A stretch of DNA of 64,000 nt, taken from Eledone cirrhosa. Taxonomy: Eukaryota. A model generated the notes under the pieces. It made no database searches. It was not told the DNA's origin and was given only the letters and a program-made list of their open reading frames with translations. Where the stretch lies: assembly GCA_964016885.1 (NCBI GenBank), contig OZ024744.1, positions 71,858,001-71,922,000 of the forward strand, written 5' to 3'. Below, in pieces: positions 41,220 to 53,950 of this stretch (its first letter is position 1; every line of letters begins with the position of its first letter). Both the position numbers and the translations under genes were made by a program.

Positions 41220-41365
41220 CTAGCAGAATGGCCCGGCGTTGCTCGGGATTTGCTCTAGGGTTCTTATATATTTGATATATATTTATCCTTATCGAGCCTC
41301 GTGAAATAAATACGTTTGTTTATATTTTGTTATTGTGTATGCAAAAATATCTGTACAGGAATATA

Positions 41366-41420
<55 letters not shown>

Positions 41421-41866
41421 GGAATAGAATGAATCGAAATTTCATTTCTCACTCTTAGTACGGCACTTACTTAAATGTAAGTATGTATGTATGTATGTTT
41501 ACGTACATACATATATGTATACAGACGTACAGTAGTATGTATATATATATATATAGAAACATGCACACATATATATATGCACTTATCGGTTTACCAAACA
41601 TTTATTATAATGCTCGGTTTGTTTGTTTCTAAACAAACAAACAGCCCGAATTACGCCGTACAGTGTTTAGGCAACCACGTCACCTTTTTGTTCAACACTG
41701 ACACAGGAACGATGTACTAGTTTCAAGCTTATTAGCTATCGTCAGCATCGTATACCTTCCTGCCCGTCTGGAAGTATATACTTTCCTTATGAATATTAAC
41801 GGCTGAGCAGCCTAATTTGCATATCGAGTGAGTTCAGTCGGCTGGGCACACCGAAAACGATAAATG

Positions 41867-41911
<45 letters not shown>

Positions 41912-42387
41912 AATGAAAACAGGGAGAAAGAGACGATTATGAGGAAGACAAATATATTAAAATAACAGATTAAAGTTTAAGCAAAGAATCGCTGCTTTCA
42001 CCCTTAACGGGATCTTCTGAAGTTAAACAAATCAATCTGTGAACGCAGAAGTAAACATTTCGAAAAACGGTGCACACTATATACAGACACTATATATACA
42101 TATATACACACACACATATAGTGACATCATAATGACGTAATGCAGACAGCAGACATACAGACAGATATTATAAGGGCGCAACATTATATCTATGTATGTA
42201 TCTAAAAAGAAAGATTAAGAATTATCGAGAGAGATCGCTAAATCGCCTAATGCGTTCCCTAGGGCATTGACAATTTGAAATATCTTTTGCTCAAAACACT
42301 CACATGACCATAAGTATTACATGTGTCAAGTTTGAAAACAATCGGTAGGGTGGTTCTCGAGTTTTATGGAGTCAGACTGACATTCTC

Positions 42388-42400
<13 letters not shown>
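41220..42400 (-). mobile_element. Non-autonomous Helitron with nested (TA)n islands
   Basis: Minus-strand 3' end hairpin cccgagcaacgccggg, then ccattctgCTAG|T; 5' region tatataaaacagagaatgtcagtctgac..accgattgttttcaaacttgacaca; 5' boundary lost in (TA)n. Confidence 0.7.
41709..41751 (-). ncRNA. Minimal type I hammerhead ribozyme motif of the PLE dimer type; predicted cleavage between 41715 and 41714
   Basis: ACGATG-CTGACGA-T-AGCT(AATA)AGCT-T-GAAA-CTAG-TA-CATCGT: perfect 6-bp stem I, 4-bp stem II, palindromic ACTAGT stem III. Confidence 0.85.
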
Positions 42401-42480
<80 letters not shown>

Positions 42481-42530
42481 TTATTCAAAATATTAATAAA
42501 TGGAGACATTCACATAATCAAAATATATGG

Positions 42531-42591
42531 TTTATTATATATATTTAGAAGGTACTATTTTGTTTTTTTCAGTACGTCCTCATCAGATAAA
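42531..42591 (-). ncRNA. Hammerhead motif with G12>U core mutation (probably inactive)
   Basis: TTTAT-CTGATGA-GGACGTACT..AGTACCTTC-TAAA-TATATA-TA-ATAAA; flanks resemble the 25.0 and 43.6 kb islands. Confidence 0.6.
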
Positions 42592-42689
42592 ATACATAAA
42601 TTGATGTATGACATACCTCAACTGTGGTGATGGATCAATTCCAGTCTTGTATTCATTGAATAATCAATGAACCTTGTTTAACATTTGGT

Positions 42690-42758
<69 letters not shown>

Positions 42759-42954
42759 CCAAATGTTAAACAAGGTTCATTGATTATATATATATATATG
42801 AATAAAGTTATTCCTTCATCAGTGATCTTCCAACCTTTAAAGGCTATATACCCCTGGTTGGTGCGAGCAATGGCTAAAGAAAGTCGTTGGGACACGTAAA
42901 TAAGGGGAACGAGCGAGACTGTAAACAATCAAAGATGGTAATGCAACGAAAAGT

Positions 42955-43230
42955 GAGGAAGAAAGAGTCAAGTCCCAGATTTCTATGAATATAAGTTCGG
43001 TGAAATCGTGAACGAGAGAGAATAAAGACCATCAAACCTAGTCGAAATGTGAGCAAGGAAGGAATTCCGCACAGGTCAAACGGGAGGAAGAAGGAGTCTA
43101 GTCTCTGAATTCGGTGAACATAAGTTCTGTGAAATCGTAGACATGAGAGAAAAAAGGAACAACCAGCCTGGTCAAGCGTGTGCAAGAAAAGAATTACGCA
43201 CAGGTTAAACGGGAGGAAGTAGGAGAGGTA
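42955..43230. repeat. Two diverged tandem units of about 130-140 bp
   Basis: ataagttc.gtgaaatcgt and gaatt.cgcacaggt.aaacgggaggaag each occur twice. Confidence 0.75.
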
Positions 43231-43461
43231 GTAGCAGAGAGTGAGTGGGTGAAGGGTGAGGAAGAGGCTAACAGAGAGAGTGACTGTTAGAGAGGATAAA
43301 GGGAGGTGAAAGATACATATATATATATATATAAAGTTATATTTAAAATTGTTGGGTTACAACTAGTAAATATTTATAACTGATATAAAAGCACTCGACA
43401 AATATTTGGAGTATATTTACAATATTAAATAAATGGAAAACTATATTTATAAAACCATATT

Positions 43462-43527
43462 TATTTCATTATATATATTTCGGGGATATCATATTAACAA
43501 TATGCTATGCCTTCATCAGACAAAATA
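43462..43527 (-). ncRNA. Type I hammerhead ribozyme motif (left arm of palindrome)
   Basis: Exact mirror of 43624-43689. Confidence 0.78.
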
Positions 43528-43623
43528 CAATATAAACAGTTTTATAGATAAATAGATTCGACATACCGTAATAAACACCGAACGGTATGTCGAATCTATT
43601 TATCTATAAAACTGTTTATATTG

Positions 43624-43689
43624 TATTTTGTCTGATGAAGGCATAGCATATTGTTAATATGATATCCCCGAAATATATATAATGAAATA
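43624..43689 (+). ncRNA. Type I hammerhead ribozyme motif; predicted cleavage after 43681
   Basis: TATTTTGT-CTGATGA-AGGCATAGCATATT(GTT)AATATGATATCCCC-GAAA-TATATA-TA-ATGAAATA: 8-bp stem I with two G-U pairs, imperfect stem II. Confidence 0.78.
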
Positions 43690-43727
43690 AATATGGTTTT
43701 ATAAATATAGTTTTCCATTTATTTAAT

Positions 43728-43816
<89 letters not shown>

Positions 43817-43817
43817 T

Positions 43818-43849
<32 letters not shown>

Positions 43850-44839
43850 GCGTGTGTGTGTGGGTGTGTGTAAGTATGTATGTGTGTATTTATGTATACC
43901 ATAACACATAACACACCAACCTATGTTAATGAAGCCAGCTGTTGAAGAAGAAAATTAACCAGAAGATGTAATCCACAATAATAATTATAAGCGAGTTTAA
44001 TGTGTGATAAAACGATAGGGATGAGAGACGGATTGAATTCATAGAACGTGAGTATTTAAGAATTATGAACACGTTATTTTAAATGCATGAACTGAAGCAA
44101 AGGGGACAAAAACTGAAATAGATTTTACATCGACATATAAGCAGAATGTAGCGAAAATTGTGATATTTCTCTGATAGCTCAATACCTGAAGTGTTCATCT
44201 TCTGATAAGGGTAAAACATAAGATAAATATGAAATAATAAAAAGTTAAATTAGTAATAAAAATGAAGCTGTATGTAAATGTGTAAATCTATTAAATGAAT
44301 ATACAACTGAAGTATGAATATTGAAAGACAAATTTGATTTCAGGTATTAAGTAATAGCATGGTATCAGGAAAATGAACACAGCAAAGAATTTATCTCTGA
44401 AATAATCAAATTGATGAACAACTGGACAGGAACTAAAAGCAGAGGTAGTAAGCAGAAGGCGGAATATACGAGAACAACTAAGAAAAGGATGAAAGAGGAA
44501 ATATGAAAATTTAATATACAAATATATGAGCAAAAGAGTGCAGACAAATAAAGCAATCATTGTTGTAAGAAAATCACAAATTTTGTTCTGAAATCTAGTG
44601 ACGTGGAAGAGATTTCATAGAATAGAAGAAGCAAGAAACAGTTTTGAGTTCTAGAAATAAATGTAGGTGATGAAGTTAATGTACTCGACATATCAATAGA
44701 TAAAATTAGGAATAGGAAATACACTCGGTGAAAATAGGAAATACACTCGGTAAAAATGAAGTGTTCATTGAATACTTGAAGAAAAACGAGATTATTCAAT
44801 TTGTAGGCAAATATAGATCTTTTCACAAAACCCATTAAA

Positions 44840-45030
44840 TCTTAGGAAATACTTAGCAATTGGAACAATGCCACTATAATTTATTATAAAATAAGACATT
44901 ACAATCCTTAAACACCACAGATCTATCAGATTTAGTCAAACTTGCATAAACTCTTCACCAAACACCTTACAAATCGCATAATTACTGTCTTTGACTTCAA
45001 CCATTCAGCGGAACAAGCACGAGCAATTGG
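44840..45030 (+). mobile_element. Degenerate RTE-clade RT N-terminal fragment; decayed LINE sequence probably extends upstream to about 44000
   Basis: WNNATII..LKHHRSIRFSQ/LHKLFTKHLTNRIITVFDFNHSAEQA resembles W..A.IILL.K..NYRPISLL..YKLFTKILTNR..LD.NQ..EQAGF. Confidence 0.65.
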
Positions 45031-45240
45031 CAACACACAGACAGAATCGAGATGAGAATCGAGGGAGGCATTCAACGAGGAGACGACAGTTAATGACTGA
45101 AGATAAGCAAATGTCGGGGCACTAATACATATATATGTATTCATTATATACGGTTTTATGCAAATTAGTACGTCCATTTCAGACTACTATTATAAACGAA
45201 TAGGTATATAACCCCATAGTTTCCTTGCGGTTATTTAGAT

Positions 45241-45305
45241 CACGCATGTCAAACATGCAGCCCGCGGGCCGCATGCGGCCCTTTACAAGTATACCTGCGG
45301 CCCAC
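45241..45305 (+). mobile_element. hAT (Charlie-like) terminal fragment
   Basis: cacgcatgtcaaacatgcagcccgcgggccgcatgcggccc; no partner TIR found. Confidence 0.6.
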
Positions 45306-48034
45306 ATGTTTGCATGCATATATGTATTAAAAATGTGTAGATTTATATACACATTGGCGCAGTCTCGGTTACTCACTCTGTATACATACAGATATAGCTG
45401 TATATATATATACAGTCTCTTTCACACACACGTACACACACATACACCCACAAATGTTTATATATATATATTTAGTGATTTTGGTTGTGGTGGTGGTGGT
45501 GGTGTGGTGGTGGTGTTGTGGTGGTGGTGATTATGATGGATGTTGATAGTTGTAATTTTGTTTATGATGAATTACTCTGATCCAACACACCTATTATGAA
45601 AGATGTTCCATCTATGATCACCCATATTTATTTCTTACCAATTGTATCAAGAAACAGAATATCCAGTATGTTCTTTCCTTATGTCAACAGGAAATTATTT
45701 GAAAACAATTTGGCTGCTATTAGTAGCATGACCAAGTAAAAGCTTCCAGGTAGGTAGATGTGTTTAAACAGTAGCTAAAGCAAGAAAATATGTTTGTATG
45801 TCAATAACTGATGTGTTTACTCGAATGTGCTTTAACACTTCATTGGTGGAGTTTACTCAATGGCGCTAGATTGATTTGTTATACATTTTTGTACATTTTT
45901 GTATCAGCGCATGCTTGTGTGTATTTGTTCACGCACTAACCTCGCCCAAATAATTCCCAAGAGTGCTTTAAAAAGAACTACCTAGGACAAAGCTTACTAT
46001 TCAAGTTAATAAATATTAAATATATAAACGTAGAATAAACAAGGAACAACGAAATATAATCGGGTGCTTTGTTACTAATATTAATCATGTTTAAAAAGGA
46101 AAGAGCCTTTACAAATATAGACGGGAACTTGTAAATAATGGTGAATACGACTGATATTGTGTCGCTGGAACGCCATTGGAGTTTTCGAATGATTGTAGTG
46201 TATCCAGAGTAAATCAGTGAAAGTTAAAATTAGAAGTCATATGGATACATCATAGTTGTTAATCGGAAGATATGAATCTCTGACCATCTGACCAGTAAAT
46301 TCCATTCCTTTTTAACACTGCCATCATGAATTAACAGTGTAAACTCTGTCTTTATTCAATCTACTAAAATCAGTAGTCAAATCTTCGAGGCGCTGAGCTG
46401 GCTAGCTGCAGGGGTGAGCCTCGCGAAATGGAATGGCTCTTCCAGTGCATCTCCCTTACCATCCTCCTGGGAAATGCCTTCTCCATTCTGTCCGTCGGAG
46501 CCGTGAGGCGGCTAGCACGTGGGCCCCCATTTGCTTATAATAGAGAGAGATGGAGGCGATGACAATTTTATGTTGTATTTTTCTCTAAGTATAGTTTTTA
46601 CAAAGAATCCCTACGAATCAGGATGGATTCAGTTTGAAACTGGTTAGACCATAACTCAACAGACTACTCGATACTTGGTGTAGTAGAGTATGGTTATATT
46701 ACACGTTATAACAATAACGCATTGGTCAATGAATTCTTAAATATGTAATGCCCAAAAGAAAGATGGCATGTTTATGGCTATATTTGCTTTTGTTCAAAGG
46801 CCTTTTCGGTTATATTATGTCTAGGACTTAACAGCAACAACTAATATTTTTAATGTTTTCATTGCAGTTTCCTGTTCAGTGCTGGGATCCCATCTTCCTG
46901 CCGAACAAATTTTATACGATGAATTTTTCAAATGTTTTTCAAATGTCAAACTTCACTATCAGATGGCCACATTTGTCCTAACTCCGGCACTGTTCCTGTT
47001 GTACGTATTTCAACCAGACCCACTATCCATACCTCCAACAACGACTGCAAAAGTTAAAAACAGATTAATCCACTTTTGGTTAAATTATAAAGACGCATAA
47101 CACTTTTATGAACTTATTGATATGCCATAGAGTTTGATAATTTAAAAAAATGGGGAAGGTTTATAGATATCTGAATAGCAGTAATAACTTCCTAAAATTA
47201 CATCTTTAGAGACATTCGATGAACATATTCAAACCGCTGTTGTAACCTTGAATTTGCTATATACATAAAATTATGTAGACAACGAGAAAGTTTTGCCGGT
47301 TTCAAAAAAATCCGAGTTATATATATATACTTCACAAATGGATTTCCATAGTCTCAACGTATGTTAGCTTCAAGTAAACTGCTTCAGAATAGGTTTTTAA
47401 ACTATGTTTAAACTTTGTTCGACTAATTGTCATAGTCTAAAAACCTGCGTTTAGGCGGCTTACATGATTTGAAAATTTAAAATTGACTGAAAGCTTCATG
47501 AATACGTTTGGTTCTTTGTTTACATCCACAAGTCGAAAGATACAACTTAAAAATGACGGATAAACTACCAGACTCCCTTTGGTGTAATGGTAGCACATCC
47601 ATCCGGCATAAGGTATATATGAATTTAATTTCCATAGGCGATCCTGTCCTCTTTTCCCGCCACTAGGGGCATATATGCCTACTTTATTCGACTATCTTTT
47701 AAAGTCTTAAAACCTGCTTTGAAAACAACTTATGTTAAGCTAATATACTTCCAAAATTTAGAATTTGCTGAACGGTTCTTGAATACATTTAAATCTTTTT
47801 CTTTCCATATATATTTATGCAATAAGTATGTAGAGTCCAATAGGCTAATGTAATGTTAATATAATGCAATGTAATATAATTGCAAGGATATGCACGTACA
47901 ATTCACAGAGAAGTAAGATCGATGTACAAAAAGCAGTTGCTAAATAGAGTTGTGACTATTCCACACACACGTACACACACACACACGCGCAAACACACAC
48001 ACACGCAAATATATATATATATATATATAAACGC

Positions 48035-48073
<39 letters not shown>

Positions 48074-48337
48074 TGTGTGTATGCATATAAATGTGTACGT
48101 ATAAGCATATATATGTCTATGTATGTCTATATTTACAACATCGAGTTATTTTCCCTTGTTATAGTACGTTTTACGTAAACTAGCGTCTTACCACGCCTTA
48201 CTTTACTATTAACGGTATCTTATAAACTCATATTAGCACCTGAAGATTAGGTCACAATTTTGATTCTTCATACAATCAAGAGATATGGTCAATATTGGGT
48301 ATTGAAACCTTAGGTAGCGCTTTTCTTCCGTGTATGA

Positions 48338-48374
<37 letters not shown>

Positions 48375-48494
48375 CAGAGAGAGAGGGGGGGGGGAGCGAG
48401 GGGGAGACAGAGAGAGAGAAAGAGAAGTAAATAGATAGGTAGATAGATTGATAAATAGATATATAGATAAATGTATAGATAGATAGATAAATAT

Positions 48495-49340
48495 ATTTCT
48501 TTAGTTGCCACAGGGGCGTACAATAATGGAACATTACAAGACGTGACGGCTGAGGTTTTACATAAAATTAACTTTAACATTAATAAATAACAATAAACTA
48601 TATATAATAAAATAACAATTGAAATCCCCAATAGGGGGGAACGTTACTGCGGGTGGTTGTTTTACACCCCATGGATAGAACAAACCTCAACACCAGGAAT
48701 ACGTTTTGTAGGTGTTCCTGTCTTCTCTCTGTTTATCTTCCTCAACCTACAGGTTTATATACAGAGAAGGTCCATCCACTCGGGCCACATTCACCCACCT
48801 TTCAGCGAATTTACTGGGATGTAGCACCTCTCTCTCCACTCTCACCTTCCTTCTGAAGTGGTACTTAAAGAAGGGGATAAGTTGTTATCCGGAGAGAAAG
48901 GTGTTTGCTGTCAGTCCTTTTAATCTCGTCCACCATATTACCTCTTTCGTCATAGCCACCAGACAGAGGAAAACCGCCTCTCCTTCGTTCTTAAATGAAG
49001 ACGGCGGGGGTGATCTTCACGATGGACTCGGCTGACAACTGGATGCGTCCTACACGTGACAGTAGCTGTTCGACATAATTCCACAGGTTGGCCACCCCTG
49101 GGCACTGAACAATTGCGTGCAGAACGGTTTCGATGTCCTGCTCGCATCTTGGACAGGTCCTTTTGGCAAGATCTCTGCCAGGGCGTCCGTGCCTGTAGAT
49201 TTTGTCTCGAACTGGTAGAGCTCCACGGTAGCACTGCCAAGCCAGAGACCTCTGGAAGTTATCTATAGGCCCTGGACGGAAAGTCCTCCCGAACAGACTG
49301 GTCAGTTCGTCCTCCTCGATGCCTAGAGTTTCCCCGAGAA
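48495..49340 (-). mobile_element. 5'-truncated, degenerate Tx1-type LINE 3' end flanked by (GATA)n
   Basis: Aligns by eye with 61050-61640 (gcctagagtttcccc, tctggaagtt.tc.ataggccctgg); tail cccctgtggcaactaaagaaat. Confidence 0.85.
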
Positions 49341-49343
49341 GAG

Positions 49344-49374
<31 letters not shown>

Positions 49375-49781
49375 AAGATAGACAGATAGACATATATCAT
49401 ATGAGTTTGCGTCTTTGTGTGAAGTCTATCGCCCTATCTCATGTTTGTGTTTAAACAATAAGTATTTTCTATCCCTAAACTCTAATAGTCACGAACTGTT
49501 TCCGTACATTGATTACTGTATACACACACCGTACAGAATTGTGTGAACTTACACTAAATACACAGAATATATATATATATATATATATATATATTCTGTA
49601 TATAACTAAAACATTATTGACAATACAAGAATCCGTAAAATGTTCATATATACACACATAAGCATTTACACATAAATAGTCAGAATAACGTACACACATC
49701 ACTGTTTTGATGAACATATTTTTCATCGTTACGCTAATTTTGTTCTTTGTGGATACATATATACATATGTATGTATGTATG

Positions 49782-52700
49782 TTTTCTCTTTCTCTTAATT
49801 TCGAGTATATTTTTTGACCGGCCACCTTCCTGGTGGCAAGGTTGTAAAAGAAAAGAAATTGTCATCCCTTGAATCGCAAGAATGTTTTGCAAATTTTGAA
49901 GGTGCCAGCTATCGCAGCCATTTGTAGACTATGAATTAGGGAGCTGCGCTCTTTGTCCGCAAATCCAAGTTCAGTCATATTCTGGTCCAAACGGGTTGGT
50001 ATATAACCCCTAGCTCCAATAATGCTGGGTATGAAGCTGAAGGTATATCTTGGATACTGGATTTGTAAACTCCTCATCAATGGTCTGTAAATGTCCTCCT
50101 TCTCCTGTTTTTTCTGATAACGTTTACATCAAGTAGGCAGGTGATCTCCACAACAGAACACGTCTTCAATGTGTGGTCCCAAACAACAATATCAGGCCGG
50201 TTGTGCTTTAATTTGGTGGCAGTTTTTATTTTCAGGTTCCACCAGTATTCCTTAGTGCCATCTGTCTCAATATATTCTTCCTCGTTTATTGTTAATTTTG
50301 TTTTCCGAAGTGCGTTCCAGATGGTTCTAGCTATCCCATCGTGTCTCATGGGGAGGTAGTAGCGAGATGACATTCTTTCACAGCTAGCAACAATGTGGCT
50401 TACATCCTCGATCTTTGTTTTACATAGCCTACATTTATTGTCAGCTGATGGCCCTCCCCTTTTGTGCAGCAGATATTTGGTAGGGTGTTCTTGTTCCTGT
50501 ATTGCATAGATATATCCCTCAAGGTGTGATGTCATAAACTTGTCGGAACTCCATGCCAGACTCTTTGAGTGGTTTATCCCCTATATGGTCTGTGTTTTAC
50601 GTCTCAAGTATCCATGCACAACTTTTTTTGTAATTGGTCAATTGTTTCATCTTGTTTGAACATTGAATAGGATCTTCCGATTTCTCTGGGTGAGAGATTT
50701 ATATCAGGCTCTATTCCATATCTCTCCTCCTGATCAGTGGCTATTCTAATGATATATTTTTTGTCATGCTCATAAACCTGGGCAAGATGGTTGCCAACCT
50801 TTTTCCTCTGTTGAAGGTGTTGCTTCAGTGGTACTATCCGGGTCTCATATGATGTTAATATGGATTTTAGACCCCAGCGACCTTCCTTGCGTGAGAAGTA
50901 TAGCCTATCCACATCACCATTGATGTCAAAGTTCCCAGTAACACTGAGAAGTTTGCGAGTTCTAACATTCATCTCACTTAGTTCTTGCAATGACCAGTTT
51001 AGCAGGCCAAATGTTGGCGTTAGAATTGGCACAGCATAAGTATTGTGGTCAATGTATTTGTTGTACGCTGACAGTTCTGATGACCATATTTTCTTTACTC
51101 TTCTGAGGTATTCAGTTCTGGTTCTCTCCTTATTTATGGGTCCATCATATCTGACATTCTCATCCTGTCCAAGATATCTGTAGTTTTCACCTGACTGTAG
51201 AGGTTGTACTGTCAGGCCGTTCATCTCTAGATTTCTAGAGGAGGACACAGCTCTTCCACAATTTACTGCCAAATATGCAAACTTGGACTCACCAAATTTC
51301 ATTTTGATGTCTGTTGAAAATTGTGTAATGAGGTCCAATTGTTTCTTGATGTCATTGATATTTGGCCCATACAACTTCAATTCATCAACAAAGAAAAGAT
51401 GGGAGATACTTCTGGACCCACTTCTTTGTCCACCTTGCTTCCTGAGTAGGTAAGATAGTGGATTTTGTAAGAGAACGAAGTGTAGCACTGACAAGCTATC
51501 ACCCTGAAAGATGCCCTTCTAGTATTGTATCTTATCAGTCTTAACTTGCTCCTTCTCACTTCTAAGGATCAAATTGGTGTACCAGTTCTTGGTCAGACGT
51601 TCAACAGCAGCTACCAGTGGTTGTGGGACTTTGACTAACTGTAAAGCCTTAAAAGTCCACCCATGAGGTACACTATCAAACGCTTTTTGATAGTCCAGCC
51701 ACACCACAGTCATGTTTCTGCGATTCTTTGTTGTATTTTCTTGAATCATTTTATTAGTTAGTAGGTGATCTATGCAACACCACACCTCCCTCTTTCCACC
51801 AGCTTTCTCATGAGTTATGATGTTGGTAGCCCAGTGATCCTGTAAGAACAGATTAAGGCACCCAGTATATCATTTATACATGATGTTTTGGCAGGCTATT
51901 GGGCGGTAATTTTTAGCAAGGTTGGTTTGGCTATTTTGGGGAATGAGGAGAGTAGTGGCAGTTGATAACCATCTGGGCAGTTCTTGTGTGCCTTTAATGG
52001 TTTCTGTAAACAGCCGTATGAGATCTTGCCGATAGAAAGTGAAATTCTTCAACCAGTATCCTGTAATGAGGTCTGAGCCTGGTGATTTTCTATTCGACAT
52101 TTTCTGTAGAGCTGTTTCCAGTATTGACCCATCTATGTCATATTGTTTTGTCTGGACATGTTGGCAGTAATCCTGTTCCAGTTCTTTTAGCCAATTAGTT
52201 TGTCTGTTGAATCCGTCGTCCGTTTCCCATACAGATCTCCAGTAGCTCTCAATCTGTTCTTTTGAAGGGGTGTCATTTACAGGGATTGAGCTTTTGCCAC
52301 CGAAGCTACGATAAACTGATTTAGGATCTCTGGCAAACAATCTATTTAGCACTTGTCGTTTATGTGCTGTTGATTTATATTTTAGTCTTTCTGTTGTAGC
52401 TGTGAGTTGGTGTTTCAACTGGTGTAATTTGGAATTCAAAGTTTTAAATTTTGTATCTCCAAATCGTCTCTCTAACTTTTTTTAGGTCTTCCTGGTGTCG
52501 TGTGAAGTTGCTCTCTATGTTGCATTTCATAACGACTGCGATGTGTGAGATACTTCGTCTCAGGGACAACATTTTGCTTTTTAAATTTCGCATCCACGCT
52601 GGTTCAGGCTTTTTGTTTGTATCTTGATTGCGTGGTTTTAGATGTATGTTTTATGATAGCAATGTGATAGCTGAAACATATAACAAAATATTAAGCGTTT

Positions 52701-53260
52701 CAAATCTCGTTTCTACACCTTTAGATCGTATAGCCTTCAGATAATTGCCAGCTATTTCGTTCGCCGCTTCCAATTCCAATTTAGTGAGTTCTTTACTGAT
52801 TCTGGTGTTGTATGGTCTGTCACTCACATTAAGGGTGTGTATCTCTTGAAACATATCGTCCCATATCACTTGTAGGTGTCCACAAGTTTTTGGTGTTCTG
52901 TTTGTACAGTAGAGTCATGAATTTCAGCCTCGTTGTTGATGTGGTGACAATTACTACTAGATTTAGCTAGCCATTCTCTTTGTCTGTCAGTGGAGGTGGG
53001 GTGGTTGTCTACAAGGGCTGTATTTGTAGTATCACTCAATTCCGTTAGATGTATCAATTTACATCTAATGATACGTTTTGCCTGTTCATTTAAATGCTTT
53101 GGAGAAAAGTCTAATTCTGAGTGTTTGGAGTTCCATAAAGTTTTTAGCCTTTTGGAGTTCAGATTGTTTGTATGCTTCATATAATTCTTTGTTAAGCTGT
53201 ATACAACGGTTGTAGTTGCGATTTGGACGAAGGAGACTTGTACGTTTTGCCATGATGAGT
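49782..53260 (-). mobile_element. Degenerate near full-length R4/Dong-type LINE, distinct family
   Basis: KSPGSDLITGYWLK, NYRPIACQNIMYK, WLDYQKAFDSVPH, GIFQGDS, HLFFVDELKL, CRLC..H..C, RHD, RPDIVVWD, PSIIGARG; (CATA)n-like tail. Confidence 0.92.
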
Positions 53261-53429
53261 TCGTCTATTCACTAATATTTTGTATTTATTTTTCAAAATA
53301 GTCGATGATCTTCTTTAAAAGTTTCGACAAAGTTCTGTCAGAATCATATTTAAAGTTATTCACAGCTTGGGTAATATTTCTTTTCGGTTAGTTTTTAATT
53401 CTACAACTGTGTTTTAAACGTTGTTTTTG

Positions 53430-53760
53430 AATCGTTTGAATCGAGAACAAAAAAAAAACCCGTTACTTAGTATATTTCTTTATGAATGTAATATATTATA
53501 ACAACGCTGTATTTATATGTTAAAGTTTATGTATCATTCATATAAATAGGTGTTCTACAACTTATTCACAACATATTCACAGTTCAAACACTTATGTTTT
53601 TGTTTCTGAATCGAAAAACGTTAGTTGCATATTTCTTTACAAATGTAATATAACAACGTTGCATTTATATGTTAAAGTGTATGTATCGTTCATATATCAT
53701 AAGTGTATGTATCGTACATATAAATAGGTGTTTTACTTACAGTTCAAACACTTATGTAGA
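53430..53760. repeat. Diverged tandem duplication of about 165 bp
   Basis: atatttcttta..aatgtaatat..acaacg..atttatatgttaaagt..aaataggtgtt..acagttcaaacacttatgt occurs twice. Confidence 0.75.
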
Positions 53761-53950
53761 ATTATTGTATGTAATCTTACCGCGTAATGTAGCTCAACTT
53801 TTTCTAATATATGGTATATTGCCTTCATGTAAGCTGTAATTACACACGTCCGATTATCGGACACTGACCATTACGGTCGCCATTGTATGTATGTATGTAT
53901 GTATGTATGTATGTATGTATGTATGTATGTATGTATGTATGTATGTATGT

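Larger units (their letters stand above)
43418..43733. repeat. Perfect palindrome: 151-bp arms with a 14-nt spacer, right arm abutting (TA)n
   Basis: 43418-43568 is the exact reverse complement of 43583-43733 (checked base by base). Confidence 0.97.

Noticed and set aside
47572-47645. tRNA gene (tggtgtaatggtagcac); similar case at 31765-31830
   Set aside because: Only part of a tRNA is recognisable, with no intact cloverleaf; at most decayed SINE heads.
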